Positions 34,424-44,874 of a stretch of DNA of 64,000 nt are shown in pieces (the stretch's first letter is position 1; the number at the start of each line of letters is the position of its first letter). Source of the DNA: a virus; the IMG/VR virus record IMGVR_UViG_3300020469_000021, positions 40,957-104,956 of that record; one strand, written 5' to 3'. The notes under the pieces are model-generated. The model had not been told where the DNA came from and made no database searches. It was given only the letters and a program-made list of their open reading frames with translations. Both the position numbers and the translations under genes were made by a program.

Positions 34424-36193
34424 AGTTTTTTTAAAAAAAAAGTGTTGACTTAACCCAAGAATCTGTCAAACTAATAATTATGAAGATTGAACAAGACAGC
34501 GAATACCATCTCTCACTTGCCATTGAGCAAGTGATGATGAAACTACAAAGCCTTGGAGCTACCAACGAAGATAGTCCTTTTGGAGAAACATTTGCCACGC
34601 TTGCCGTGCTATTAATGAAAGTTAGAGAAGAGGAGGAACAAAATGAAAATGCAGATGCTTAGAGTTAAGATTCCCGTTTCCCAATGTATTGAGGAAGTTA
34701 AAGATTATATTTTATATAGTGAAATGGAGGGCGAGGTAGACAAGACAGATCCTTGGTACTCAACCTTCGAGCTGCTAGAAGAACTAAAACAAAAAGTACT
34801 AGACGAGGAGGAAATGTCAAATGAATAAACTAATGGAAGCACACAAGAAAAAGTTGGAGGAAAGATGTTCAATCACCGACGCAATCTCTGGAGTTGCAGA
34901 TGAACTCTACGAAATGCGAAAGAATAACGATGAAACTTTCTTTCAATTAAAAAACATAGCGGGATCTCTCGACCTAGTTAGTCAGTACCTCTACGACATT
35001 AGTTGGGAGTTAAAGAAAAGCAACGAAAAAAGTGTTGACACAGACGCATTAATTCAATAGTATTTTAACTATGATTACATTAGACACACCCGAACAAATC
35101 GATATGTTTCGATTCCTCAGTCTCAAATCCGCACTCAAGCTAGAGTGTCTTGGAATGAGCAGAAGAGGTCAATCAGCATATTCAATTATTAAAGCCGAGT
35201 ACGGATTCAAAGGCAACAAGAAGTCCGTCTTAGAACAAATGGAACAAATTATTAAGGAGTTTAAAAATGACTAAAGCACAGATAGAATCAAGAGTAGAAG
35301 GTTGGAATTGGAATATGAATATCTTCGAGATATATGATGAGCTCAGAGATGGGCATACGGGAGAAGAGCAAGAGCAACTTTTAACTTTTGCTTATAATTA
35401 TTTCAATAACGATACAATGATCAAAGAGCTTGCGGATCATTTTTGCATAACTATTCATACAGACGAAGACTCACCAATCCCTTGCTAAGATGGAATTTGA
35501 GCAAAGAATGATAGATTATGCCCAAAAGTGGTATGAAGTAAACGACCTAGAGACAGAGAAAAAGAACGGAAACGATCTTTATCTTCGAGTCAATGACAAT
35601 GTATTTACTGAAGTCTCACACTGCGACATCAGACAAAAAGCCATGCTATGGTTAGAATCAGAATTAGAAGGAGTAAACAATTATTAAAATGAACAATTAC
35701 ATAGAAGCAATCTGTATCGGCAAACCATTGGACTTGCCCGAATACAATGAAGACACAGAACTTTGGGAGGTTCACTTTGAGGAATCACCCACCCCTTGGC
35801 ATCCATATGATGAACAAGATTTAATTTCTTATAGTTGTGACTCAGCCGAAGAGGCATGCGAGTTGTACAACTATTACAACCAAAACCCTGTAACAAAGGA
35901 TAATACAAATGAAGAAGATAATTAATAAAATTAAAAGAATGTTCAACCCATTGTATAGCTTGGTCTATACTACTAAGGATGGACGCACCGAAATGTATAC
36001 CATTGAGAAGCCTTTGCATGTCAATGAGTTTGGCAATGTAACTGAGAAGCTTGTTACTGCAGGCTTCAGAGCGTACTGCCATAACAAGAATGGTATTCGC
36101 TCCTTTCGATATGATAGAATCGTATCGCTAAATCGAGCCTAACCAAATAAGCCTTTGAGTATGTTCGTGTTATAGGGTTAATAGAAAACTTCG

Positions 36194-36260
36194 CAAGTCG
36201 TTGGTTATCAGCGGCTTGCGTCGCCCTGAGCGGCGTAAGTGCTTGATAGCTAGCAGGTTA
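36194..36260. repeat. 67-bp element, copy 2
   Basis: 25+17+25; core CGTCGCCCTGAGCGGCG. Confidence 0.9.
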
Positions 36261-36356
36261 TGACTATTTTAACTTTACTTGATTTTTTTTCTTGCGTTTT
36301 ACTTATCACCTGTCATACTCATATATACAAAGCAACTTAAACATAAGGAGAAAATC

Positions 36357-36767
36357 ATGGGGCTAGATCAATACGCATACGCTAAAGACGAAAACGAAGA
36401 GACAGAACATCTCGCAGAGTGGAGAAAACACAACCGCCTCCAAGGATATATGGAGAAACTTTGGGAGGACAAGGGCAGACCATTTGATGGTCAGTTGGAT
36501 GATAACCCAATGGGAGATTTCAACTGCGTGCCTGTCGAGCTAACGCTTACTGACCTTGAGCAACTCGAAGCAGTTATCGCTCAAAAGGATATGCCTGAGA
36601 CAGGCGGTTTTTTCTTTGGTAGTGACTCCTACTCTTGGGAGCAAGAGGATGGAAAGCCCTACAAGGATGGCGATTACTTTTACAAAGAAACTGACTTGCA
36701 GTTTATATCTGATGCATACAAAGCCATGGCAAAAGGCAAGAAAGTATTTTACTCTTCTTGGTGGTAA
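36357..36767 (+). CDS. Phage hypothetical protein (MGLDQY...WRKHNRL...YSSWW)
   Basis: AGGAG SD before ATG 36357; motif recalled from many phage genomes. Confidence 0.7.
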   Translation: MGLDQYAYAKDENEETEHLAEWRKHNRLQGYMEKLWEDKGRPFDGQLDDNPMGDFNCVPVELTLTDLEQLEAVIAQKDMPETGGFFFGSDSYSWEQEDGKPYKDGDYFYKETDLQFISDAYKAMAKGKKVFYSSWW

Positions 36768-37468
36768 ACGCTTGACAACTTAACGAAATTTTCTTAAGAT
36801 TTATACTATGGAAACAATAGATATCACACCAACATGGTCAGCACTCATTCCCATTATGGTTGAGGTGTTGAAGAGCCCAAAAGCAAGCAACTCTGCAAAA
36901 CAAGAAGTTGTGGTTGAGTTAAAGCGTTTAGCTAAAATCGTTGACGATCAAAACAGAAAGGCGAAACAAAATGGATAACTTAACTGAACAAGAATTAAAG
37001 GCAGTCTTTGATGTGGTTAATGTTTACGAACCCGAAGACATAAGGCATGTCTACCCCGCAATGGCGACTGATGAATTCATGAAAGATATAAACTCTGCAT
37101 GGAGAAAGATTTTAAACTCTCTTGACAATACCAACAACAACTGAGAAAATACTATTATGCACGAAAAAATAGAGCAACCCGTAAATTCCTACACCGAATT
37201 CGAGAAGCTTCAATGGGCTTGTGATAAGCCAATGCCATCGATTGGCTCAGAAGTTAATGTCAAGATCAATGGTATTGGTCGATCAAAAGTCTTAAAGTAT
37301 TTTGTGGAGTATGGCTTCATTGGAATGCTTGTTCAGCCTTTCGACCCACCCGCTTGGTATATAAAGCAAAACGGGGCAGATGAGCCTTGTCATGTTTTTC
37401 CTGCTGAGACTGAAGAGCTTAGGGTTGAGAAAAAAGGCTTTTACGAATCTATTCACAACGCAATGGCG

Positions 37469-37535
37469 TAAGTCACTCTATAACAACAAGTTAGGCCGCT
37501 CTGGGCGGCGCAAGTCTTTGCCGTCCAACGACTTA
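37469..37535. repeat. 67-bp element, copy 3
   Basis: Core GGCCGCTCTGGGCGGCG; first TAA is the stop of ORF 37157-37471. Confidence 0.9.
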
Positions 37536-38033
37536 CGAGACTATAAGCTAAACTTATTTTAGCTATAAGCGACAAAAGAAACTTCACTTAAAAACTTTTT
37601 TTTGCTTGCGGTTTACTCAGAATCTGTCAGTATATATATTATGAAAGCAAGGGAAATTAAGATTAGAAAGCCGATCCTTTTCACTAAGGCTCGCCCCTTC
37701 AAGATGAAGAACAAAACCTTAGAGAGAAAACTTAAACACAAAAAACGCTATGAATATTAACGAAGATTTCACCAACGAATTTGAATGCCCCGAAGCCCAA
37801 GAGGTTATGGATCAAAGCATGGATTTCATATTTGACAAACTTATCAACCCCATGAATGAAATGGGAAAGCTCACCGAAGAGGACTTGGCAATGATTAGCC
37901 TTATCGGCATCAGTCTCAAGATCATTTCCGAACAAGCGTCACTTTACGAAAAGTCTGTATCAGAAGATACTTCACAAAACTTTTACAAAAATTAATCCTT
38001 GACAATCAACAAAAAAACTGAGAGAATATAATC

Positions 38034-38963
38034 ATGTCAGAAACAAAAAACAGAATTAACCTCGCCATCTGCGGAGGCGAGCATAAGGTAGTAACGCTAG
38101 GGGAAGTCGCTGATGTAGTGACTCCCGATATCGAGTATCGCAAAGAGGCGAACAAGGACGGAACGCACTCCGTTTCTTATCAGCCTATTTCGCACAATCT
38201 CTTGATTGACAAGACTCGTAACCATCTTGAGCAAGGTGGGTTTGAAGTTGTAGACGAGTGCCACAACCTCGCAAGAGGTGGCAAACGCTACTTTGGATTG
38301 TTTGAGGTCACTCACCCAAACAGGGAAAACACCGAGAGAGGCACAATCGTTGGCTTGCGTAATGCTCACGACAAGTGCTTTCCTGCGGGATTGTGTGCAG
38401 GTGATGCTCCATTTGTTTGCGACAACCTCATCTTTACCAATTCGGTCAAGTTGGCTCGCAGACACACTAAGAACATCCTTTCCGAGCTAGATCATGTGAT
38501 CTCTCGCACTTTGGGCAAGTTGTTCAATTTTTGGATGGGTCAAGATCAACGCATCGTATCCTACAAGGATTTTGATTTGACTAACGCTCAAGTCAACGAT
38601 CTTGTGATTCGTGCGTACAAAGCAGGTGCAGTCAGCAAGACTAAGATTGCTGATGTGGTTGACCAATGGGAAAAGTCTGATCACACCGAGTTTTGGGACA
38701 GAAACATGAACTCCCTTTACAATGCCTTTACCGAGGTATACAAGGGCAATCTTGTTGCCTTGCCTCAACGCTCTGAGGCATTGCACTCTGTTCTTGACTC
38801 TGAGGTCGGGTTCGATCTTTCAGCTTTCGATCCTCAAGTCGAGGAAGCTGAACTTGTCGAAGTTGCTCATGCCCCTGCCCCTCAAGTTCTTGAGGTAGCA
38901 GGTAACATAGATGGCGAAGTTCCTGCCGATCTATATGATGCAGAGGATGACTACCCTTTCTAA
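38034..38963 (+). CDS. DUF932-like phage/plasmid protein
   Basis: SYQPISH, RYFGL, GLRNAHDK, FVCDNL, RRHT, LYNAFTE. Confidence 0.75.
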   Translation: MSETKNRINLAICGGEHKVVTLGEVADVVTPDIEYRKEANKDGTHSVSYQPISHNLLIDKTRNHLEQGGFEVVDECHNLARGGKRYFGLFEVTHPNRENTERGTIVGLRNAHDKCFPAGLCAGDAPFVCDNLIFTNSVKLARRHTKNILSELDHVISRTLGKLFNFWMGQDQRIVSYKDFDLTNAQVNDLVIRAYKAGAVSKTKIADVVDQWEKSDHTEFWDRNMNSLYNAFTEVYKGNLVALPQRSEALHSVLDSEVGFDLSAFDPQVEEAELVEVAHAPAPQVLEVAGNIDGEVPADLYDAEDDYPF

Positions 38964-38990
38964 AGGGTTGGTCGCCAAATAGGCAAATAA

Positions 38991-39017
38991 GCCCCCTCAC
39001 CCCGAGGGGGCTTTTTT
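38991..39017 (+). terminator. Rho-independent terminator
   Basis: GCCCCCTC-ACCC-GAGGGGGC + T6. Confidence 0.88.
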
Positions 39018-39036
39018 ATTGGGCATTTACTTTCTG

Positions 39037-39103
39037 TAAGTCATTGATGATCAAGGGCTTACGGCGCTCTGAGCGGCGCAAACTATTGATTGGTAGGTAC
39101 TTA
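39037..39103. repeat. 67-bp element, copy 4
   Basis: Arm TAAGTCATTGATGATCAAGGGCTTA; core CGGCGCTCTGAGCGGCG. Confidence 0.9.
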
Positions 39104-39187
39104 CGACAAAAAGAAAAAAAAGTATTGACTTCACTCGATATTCTGTCACAATTGTATTTAGTTCTTTTGACAATCAATTTCATTTGT

Positions 39188-39304
39188 GCCCTCTTAGTTT
39201 ACATTGGTGAAAACAATGGCTCTCGGCAGTATACTAGTTAAGCCTGCGAGCGACCGATCATCGTTTTGGAGTCAAAGAGGTGAGTTCGAATCTCACAGAG
39301 GGCT
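39188..39304 (+). tRNA. tRNA-like RNA with ~42-nt insertion in the anticodon loop
   Basis: GCCCTCT/AGAGGGC acceptor, GTTT/AAAC D stem with GG, TGGC/GTCA anticodon stem, GTGAG TTCGAAT CTCAC T arm; no encoded CCA. Confidence 0.75.
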
Positions 39305-39310
39305 GCTTTT

Positions 39311-39484
39311 TCTGTAGATGCGAAAGCATTGAACAACGAGGCGTCAGCACACGCCTACAACCTTCGGGAGAGAGAAAAAGGTTCACAATTTTGAGAGTGC
39401 AGTACCAAGCCTTATAGGCACCTAGTGTCACATCCTCGGTAAGACGGGGTAGCATTTACCACGGGCGGCTCCGTGGCTCTCAAT
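39311..39484 (+). ncRNA. Two further candidate small structured RNAs (about 39311-39386 and 39390-39483)
   Basis: GATGC-GAAA-GCATT, AGGCGT/ACGCCT, CC-TTCG-GG; TTGAGAG/CTCTCAA closing stem with CCACGG/CCGTGG hairpin. Confidence 0.5.
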
Positions 39485-39824
39485 TCACTTTATTATGACA
39501 CAACAGCAAACATTCTCACTAGCATTCTTAATCATCATGATTGCCATCGCAATAGTTCATTTTCTTGGGCTTAGCGGTTGACAATCAATAAAAAATTGTT
39601 TAGATTTATATCATGAAACATTCAGAGAGCGGTAATCGTAAAGTTCTAAAGCAAATAAAGAAATGCCCAGATATTGAGGAGATTCGGGCGACTGCAAATG
39701 GGTATATGATCATGGCAAAGAACGGAGAGCAATACTTGGCTCATATGTCTGCCAAAGCATTTCACCCGCTTCGCAGGTGGCTAAAGAACAATACAAGACT
39801 AAAGGCATTAAAGTTCTAATTTCA

Positions 39825-39891
39825 TAAGCCTTTGCGATTCAAGGGTTTACGACGCCCTGAGCGACACAAGTCCTTGCCGGGCAACAACTTA
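39825..39891. repeat. 67-bp element, copy 5
   Basis: Core CGACGCCCTGAGCGACA. Confidence 0.9.
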
Positions 39892-40777
39892 CAGCGTTAA
39901 GCAAAACTTTCTTGCGATTTAGCATTTTTTTTCTTGCAATTAAGGCAAAACGGGCTTAGTATCTATGTATGATTATTAACTACGACATACCAAACTACAT
40001 TTCAGATTATCAAGCCGATGCCCCAAAGAGTAGACTCAAGGGGTTTGATGATTTAGTTTTCGAGCCTCATTTAGGATTTGCCGATGGCAAGGCTATTCAA
40101 GCCATACTTGATTTTGGTTCGAGGAATCAATTCACCATATCAGTCGTGCAAAACACTAAAGACAACATTGGATTGTATGGCAACCCTTCGGATAACACTT
40201 ACGAAGTCGCAATGTGGTATGATGGCAGAGAAACCATGCTTCCTTTGTCTGTTGGTGATGATGTTCTTGCATGGCAAACTCCCGTTCAGATCACTAAGCT
40301 AATGCATCAAGCACATCTTAACGATTTTGCTTGGGTCACCCTTCTTCATAACATTAGACAAGACTACAACAAAGAATTAGGTCTTGACAACTTAGACCAA
40401 TACTGAGAGAATACTATCATGACAGATCGAAACCAACAACTCACGGGCAACGCTTTGCTCATTTACTTAATGTCTCGCTTTAACATGACAAAGCCAGAAG
40501 CTCTCAACTCAATGAGAAGAGCAGGGCACAACACGGACAACCTATAATTATGAGCTATAACGGATGGAAAAATAGAGAGACTTGGAATGTCGCCCTTTGG
40601 ATCGGCAACGACGAGGGAATGTATAATTTCGCCAAAGAGTGTGGAACTTATGATAACTTTGTCGAGCAGATGAGAGAGGTTGGATATACCGAGACTCCCG
40701 ACAGGGTAGCTTACAACGACAGCAGCCTTGACCTTCCAAGGCTCGAAGAGTATTTTGATGAACTAAGAGAAGACGAC

Positions 40778-40844
40778 TAAGTCGTTGACAATCAGCGACT
40801 TGCGTCGCTCTGGGCGCCGGAAAGTCTTGGTATTCAAGGACTTA
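40778..40844. repeat. 67-bp element, copy 6
   Basis: Core CGTCGCTCTGGGCGCCG; first TAA is the stop of ORF 40550-40780. Confidence 0.9.
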
Positions 40845-41137
40845 CAACTATTTTTACTTAGTTGCAATTTTTTTCTTGTGTTTTACTGAGAATCTGTCAG
40901 TATATAGGAATGAAAGAAACAGTAAAAGTACTAATGTCCCGCGATGGTTTAACCCAAGCCGAGGCGGTCAAGCAAGTTGTTCAATTCTTTAACGAAATGA
41001 AAGCTGATTGGGAAGCCGGCGGCGACCTTTCCGAATGGGAGCATATTTTCATGAGTGATTTTGGGCTTGAGCCTGATTACTTTGAGGATTTTATTTTTAG
41101 GCTTGCATAGTCAAACTAATTCAACTAGTATTCTATT

Positions 41138-41854
41138 ATGATTAAAACAACTCTACTCACCGCAGGGAATGCCAAGATTACAAAGGGCGAGGCATTCGGA
41201 TATTTAACTAAAGGCATTCACTTAGCTCCCGCTAATTTGTCGGGTTACGAAGTTTGCCAATGGCGTTCTAAAGGTTGCACTATGGCTTGCCTCAACACAG
41301 CAGGTCGTGGGCAAATGAATTCTGTTCAAGATTCACGCATTGCCAAGACTAAGTTGTTCTTTGAGCAAAGGTTTGACTTCCTTGCCAAACTATCAAAAGA
41401 AATTACTTCCACGATTAAGTCGGCAAGCAAGAAAGGTTTGCAAGCGGTCTTCCGCCCCAACCTTACAAGCGACATTGCATGGGAAAACATTATCAATGAA
41501 GATGGTGTGAATTTGTTTGAGAAGCATAGCAAAACTCAATTTTATGATTATACTAAGTCATTCAAAAGGATGCAACGCTTTCTCAATGGTGAATTGCCTA
41601 GTAACTACCACTTGACTTTTTCTTGCTCCGAGACTAACGAAAAGATTGCCAAACTTGTTTTAGAGATGGGCGGCAATGTTGCGGTTGTCTTTCGTAACCA
41701 ATTACCCGACACTTGGAATGGTGTCGAGGTTGTCAATGGCGACGAATCAGATTTGCGATTTCTTGACAAGCAAAGCGTTGTCGTTGGACTTATAGAAAAA
41801 GGTCTTGCCAAAAAAGATTTGACAGGATTCGTTAAAGAAGGTATAAATTCATAA
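41138..41854 (+). CDS. GP88-family phage protein
   Basis: NAKITK, LAPA, VC-x5-GC-x3-CLNTAGRG, RPNLTSDI, QFYDYTK, NYHLTFS, NVAVVF, GDESDLRFLD. Confidence 0.8.
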   Translation: MIKTTLLTAGNAKITKGEAFGYLTKGIHLAPANLSGYEVCQWRSKGCTMACLNTAGRGQMNSVQDSRIAKTKLFFEQRFDFLAKLSKEITSTIKSASKKGLQAVFRPNLTSDIAWENIINEDGVNLFEKHSKTQFYDYTKSFKRMQRFLNGELPSNYHLTFSCSETNEKIAKLVLEMGGNVAVVFRNQLPDTWNGVEVVNGDESDLRFLDKQSVVVGLIEKGLAKKDLTGFVKEGINS

Positions 41855-42024
41855 TGGACTATTACGATTCAGCCGAGGACATCACTATAACGCAAGACCG
41901 AGCTTTGCAAGAATTGGCAAGGCACGGGATCACATCCAATGAGGACATTTTAGAGTTCTTTGCAGATGTGGGCGAGTCTCAAGAGTATGACGCACAAGAG
42001 GTTTTAGATTGGCTAGGCTACTAA
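41854..42024 (+). CDS. Hypothetical 56-aa acidic protein (MDYYDSAEDI...DWLGY), not in track
   Basis: Manual translation; its stop is the first TAA of element copy 7. Confidence 0.65.
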   Translation: MDYYDSAEDITITQDRALQELARHGITSNEDILEFFADVGESQEYDAQEVLDWLGY

Positions 42025-42088
42025 GTCATTGATAATCAGGCACTTAGGGCGCTCTGGGCGGCGCAAGTCATTGAAGTGCAAGGACTTA
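42022..42088. repeat. 67-bp element, copy 7
   Basis: Arm TAAGTCATTGATAATCAGGCACTTA; core GGGCGCTCTGGGCGGCG. Confidence 0.9.
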
Positions 42089-42192
42089 CGTATTATTAGA
42101 GAAACTTATAAAGGATATAAGCGGGCGGACAAAGTGATTATTTTACATTTTTTTTTGTTGCAGTTTGCTCAAAAGTCCTTAGTATTTTATGT

Positions 42193-42378
42193 ATGATAAC
42201 TATTAAGAAAAACGCTAACTTTCCCAAGTGGATTCAAGTCTTCGCCTTCGGTAATTTCATTGACGAGGTAGAAGGTAACGCAAAGGCATTGCGTCTAGCA
42301 AAGACTATTGCCAAGAAAAATGGAGTCGCCCATATTAATGTTTTTGGTGAAGTAAAAAAAATTGAAGAAAATGCCTAA
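42193..42378 (+). CDS. Hypothetical protein, paralog of 44872-45048
   Basis: MITIKxNxNFxKxxQVFAFGxxIDEVE-x3-KALRxA shared. Confidence 0.75.
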   Translation: MITIKKNANFPKWIQVFAFGNFIDEVEGNAKALRLAKTIAKKNGVAHINVFGEVKKIEENA

Positions 42379-43084
42379 TGGGCTTGACATTCAACCGATA
42401 ATTTAAGAGAATACTATCATGGAAAATCAAAAAGAACAACTCACTCAAGAACAACGCATCGAGCTTATCCGTCAAGCAGTCGAACAAACAAAAGGAGTCG
42501 CTCTCAGCGATCAAGCCCAAGAGTTTGTAGAGGATGTTAAAACTGAAGAGTTAGTCGTCGAACATGGTTTGTTTGACACTCACAAAGAAGACTTGGAAGA
42601 CGAGTCTCAATTTTTGTTCAGCGACTCTGCTGAAGAAATTGATGAAGAAGACGAATCTATCGGAGTAAGTTCCGAGATGAGTGAAGTCTATAACAACAAC
42701 AACTAAGGAGGAAAACATATTATGCAATCAGAATTCTCATTCATACAAAAAGCTAATGCGGTGGCAAAGTATCAACCGCAAAATGTAAACAAACAAGGAG
42801 ACAAACTTTGCTTCTCTTACATGAATAATGCAGGCGTTATGGTCAATGCTTTTTATGAGTATAGCTCACGCAAGTTCAAGTCTGCGGTCAAAGGCAGTCA
42901 GTACGGAGATGGTGTTGCCATCAGAAACCTTGTAGCAAAACCTGTTGTTGAAGGAATCTTGAGCAATGGATGAGTGGGTTGATCTTTTAATCTTCTTGCC
43001 GTGGGCTTTAGCTTTTGCTTTTTTGTGGCATTGTAATGAACATATTTAGTGGTTAGTTATATTATTAGTTAGTATGTTAGTGTG

Positions 43085-43128
43085 GGCCCCTCACTCGCCC
43101 TTCAAAAAGGCGGATGGGGGGCTTTTTT
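43085..43128. terminator. Terminator at the convergence of the two early arms
   Basis: GCCCC...CGCC/GGCG...GGGGC imperfect stem + T6 between convergent genes. Confidence 0.65.
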
Positions 43129-43179
43129 GCAAATAGTCAAATAAAATCTTGAGGGCGGGCGATAGAACAATGCTTTTTG

Positions 43180-43246
43180 TAAGTCGTTGAACATCAGTTA
43201 CTTGCGTCGCTCAGGGCGGCATAAGTAGCTGACTATAAAAGACTTA
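43180..43246. repeat. 67-bp element, copy 8
   Basis: Core CGTCGCTCAGGGCGGCA; terminal TTA is the stop of minus ORF 43244-43507. Confidence 0.9.
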
Positions 43247-43615
43247 AGCTAAGTAACGCTCCCAGTCTTCTTGGTCAAAGCTGTCAAACGCTCCCCATGT
43301 ATCAAACTCTATCCACTGGTGGACGACTTCACGAAGGCTTTCGTTTTCTCTGTCCCACAGGTGGATTTCTAGCTGAAACTCAGCTTTTAGTGGAGAGTTG
43401 ATATATTGCTCTGCTAAAGCGTAGCAGCTACTAAGACCATCTCGATCTTTTGGAGTAGAGAGTGCTACCTCTCCGTCGTGAACTAATTCGTATCTTAACA
43501 TATCCATAAAGTAGTTTAATTTTGGTTAAAAGTCAAGAGATTTTTAAACAAATTTTAACAAACACAATGCCAAATAACTGCCCCGGGCAGAATTTTGCTT
43601 TCAACTATGTTTCCA

Positions 43616-43681
43616 TAAGGTGTTGGTGATCAATGACTTATGTCGCTCAGGGCGGCGTAAACCCTTGATTATCAAGGATTA
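43616..43681. repeat. Element copy 9 (66 bp, second arm 1 nt short)
   Basis: Core TGTCGCTCAGGGCGGCG; terminal TTA is the stop of minus ORF 43679-43939. Confidence 0.88.
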
Positions 43682-44807
43682 ATGAAACTGTTTTAAGGTT
43701 TTCTTGCGGGTGACTGCTCGGGTGATTAGCTCGTCAGGTTCTAGCATATGGGCGTAGACGCCCGTGGCGTCTTGCTCGCCATAGCCTCGGGAGTACCAAG
43801 GTCCGCCCGTATTTATATCCTTGCAGGCAAGGGCTGCGTTAATGCCTCGGTCTTGCCAAAACTTTTTCCAAGCCAAGTCAACACTTTGAGAGAGACCTGC
43901 AAGTGTTTCGTTGTATCGTGCAATTTCTTCCTCACTCATTATGAGTTGGCTTTTGAAAGCGTTGGGATTACTAAAGCAAAGAAAACCATAAGAATCATTT
44001 CGATCATTTTACTTACCTAAGTAGAATTTTACTTGCTCGGATGTGGCAGGACTCAAGTCTTTAAACAAAACCTCGGATTCTATCATGTCGGAAGCGTGAT
44101 GCTTTAGCGTTGCAACCTTTTGGGTTTGGTCTGCCCGAAGTACTCGGACGATACAAGCGTTTGATTTTGAGAAGTAGATTTGTCCATTTGTTATTTTCAT
44201 AATTATAAAGTATTATAGTTTTTAGAGAATTGCAAGTTTTTTTTTACTTTTTTTGTCTCTTAGGCAAGACAAATGCGAGGAGGATTTTTTCTCTTTCAGT
44301 TAGGATCTGCTCCTCCTCTTGCCATCTACGGATGACTTGCTGAGCGGCAATCTCAGCCTCGACTCGAGAGCGTTCCTCAAATTCGAGATCGGTCATGCCG
44401 AAGGCGTGGGCGGTGCGGGTGAGTGAGTCATTATTTTCCATAAGTATAAGATTAAAGATTTGTAATTATATTTTAAAACTAAACTATTTTTTAGTGAATT
44501 GCAAGGGAAAAGCGAATTATTTTACCGCTTCCACTATCATGTCGTAAGTCCAAACGTGACCACCGACATCTTCCCAAAGATCATAAGCCACCGCCATGGG
44601 GCTTGCTTGGATACGTACAAGACCATTGTCTTGAATGAATTTTTCTATTTTCTTATCTAACATACCTATAAGGTAGCATATAAAACGCATATTTACAAGA
44701 TTTTTTTTTACTATTAGCTTCTTTTTAGCTGAGCTTATAGCTTGCTAAACCCGGGCTTATACTTGCCGCGAGTCATAAGTTGGCACGCTATATGAACATC
44801 GGTTTCG

Positions 44808-44874
44808 TAAGTCATTGAATGTCAGCTAGTTAGCCGGCGCAGGGCGGCCTAAAGCCCTGATTATCAACGATTTA
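44808..44874. repeat. 67-bp element, copy 10
   Basis: Core GCCGGCGCAGGGCGGCC; terminal TTA is the stop of minus ORF 44872-45048. Confidence 0.88.

Noticed and set aside
39222-39270. Pistol ribozyme inside the tRNA insert (TTAAG-N6-AGCG resemblance)
   Set aside because: I could not build the required P1 hairpin, pseudoknot and P2; only a short motif matches
39044-39455. Tracked ORFs 39044-39241 and 39258-39455
   Set aside because: They run through element 4, a promoter and structured RNAs
43025-43040. Third TGGCA...TGAAC sigma54-like box
   Set aside because: Spacing is one base shorter and it lies within a small ORF, away from any element
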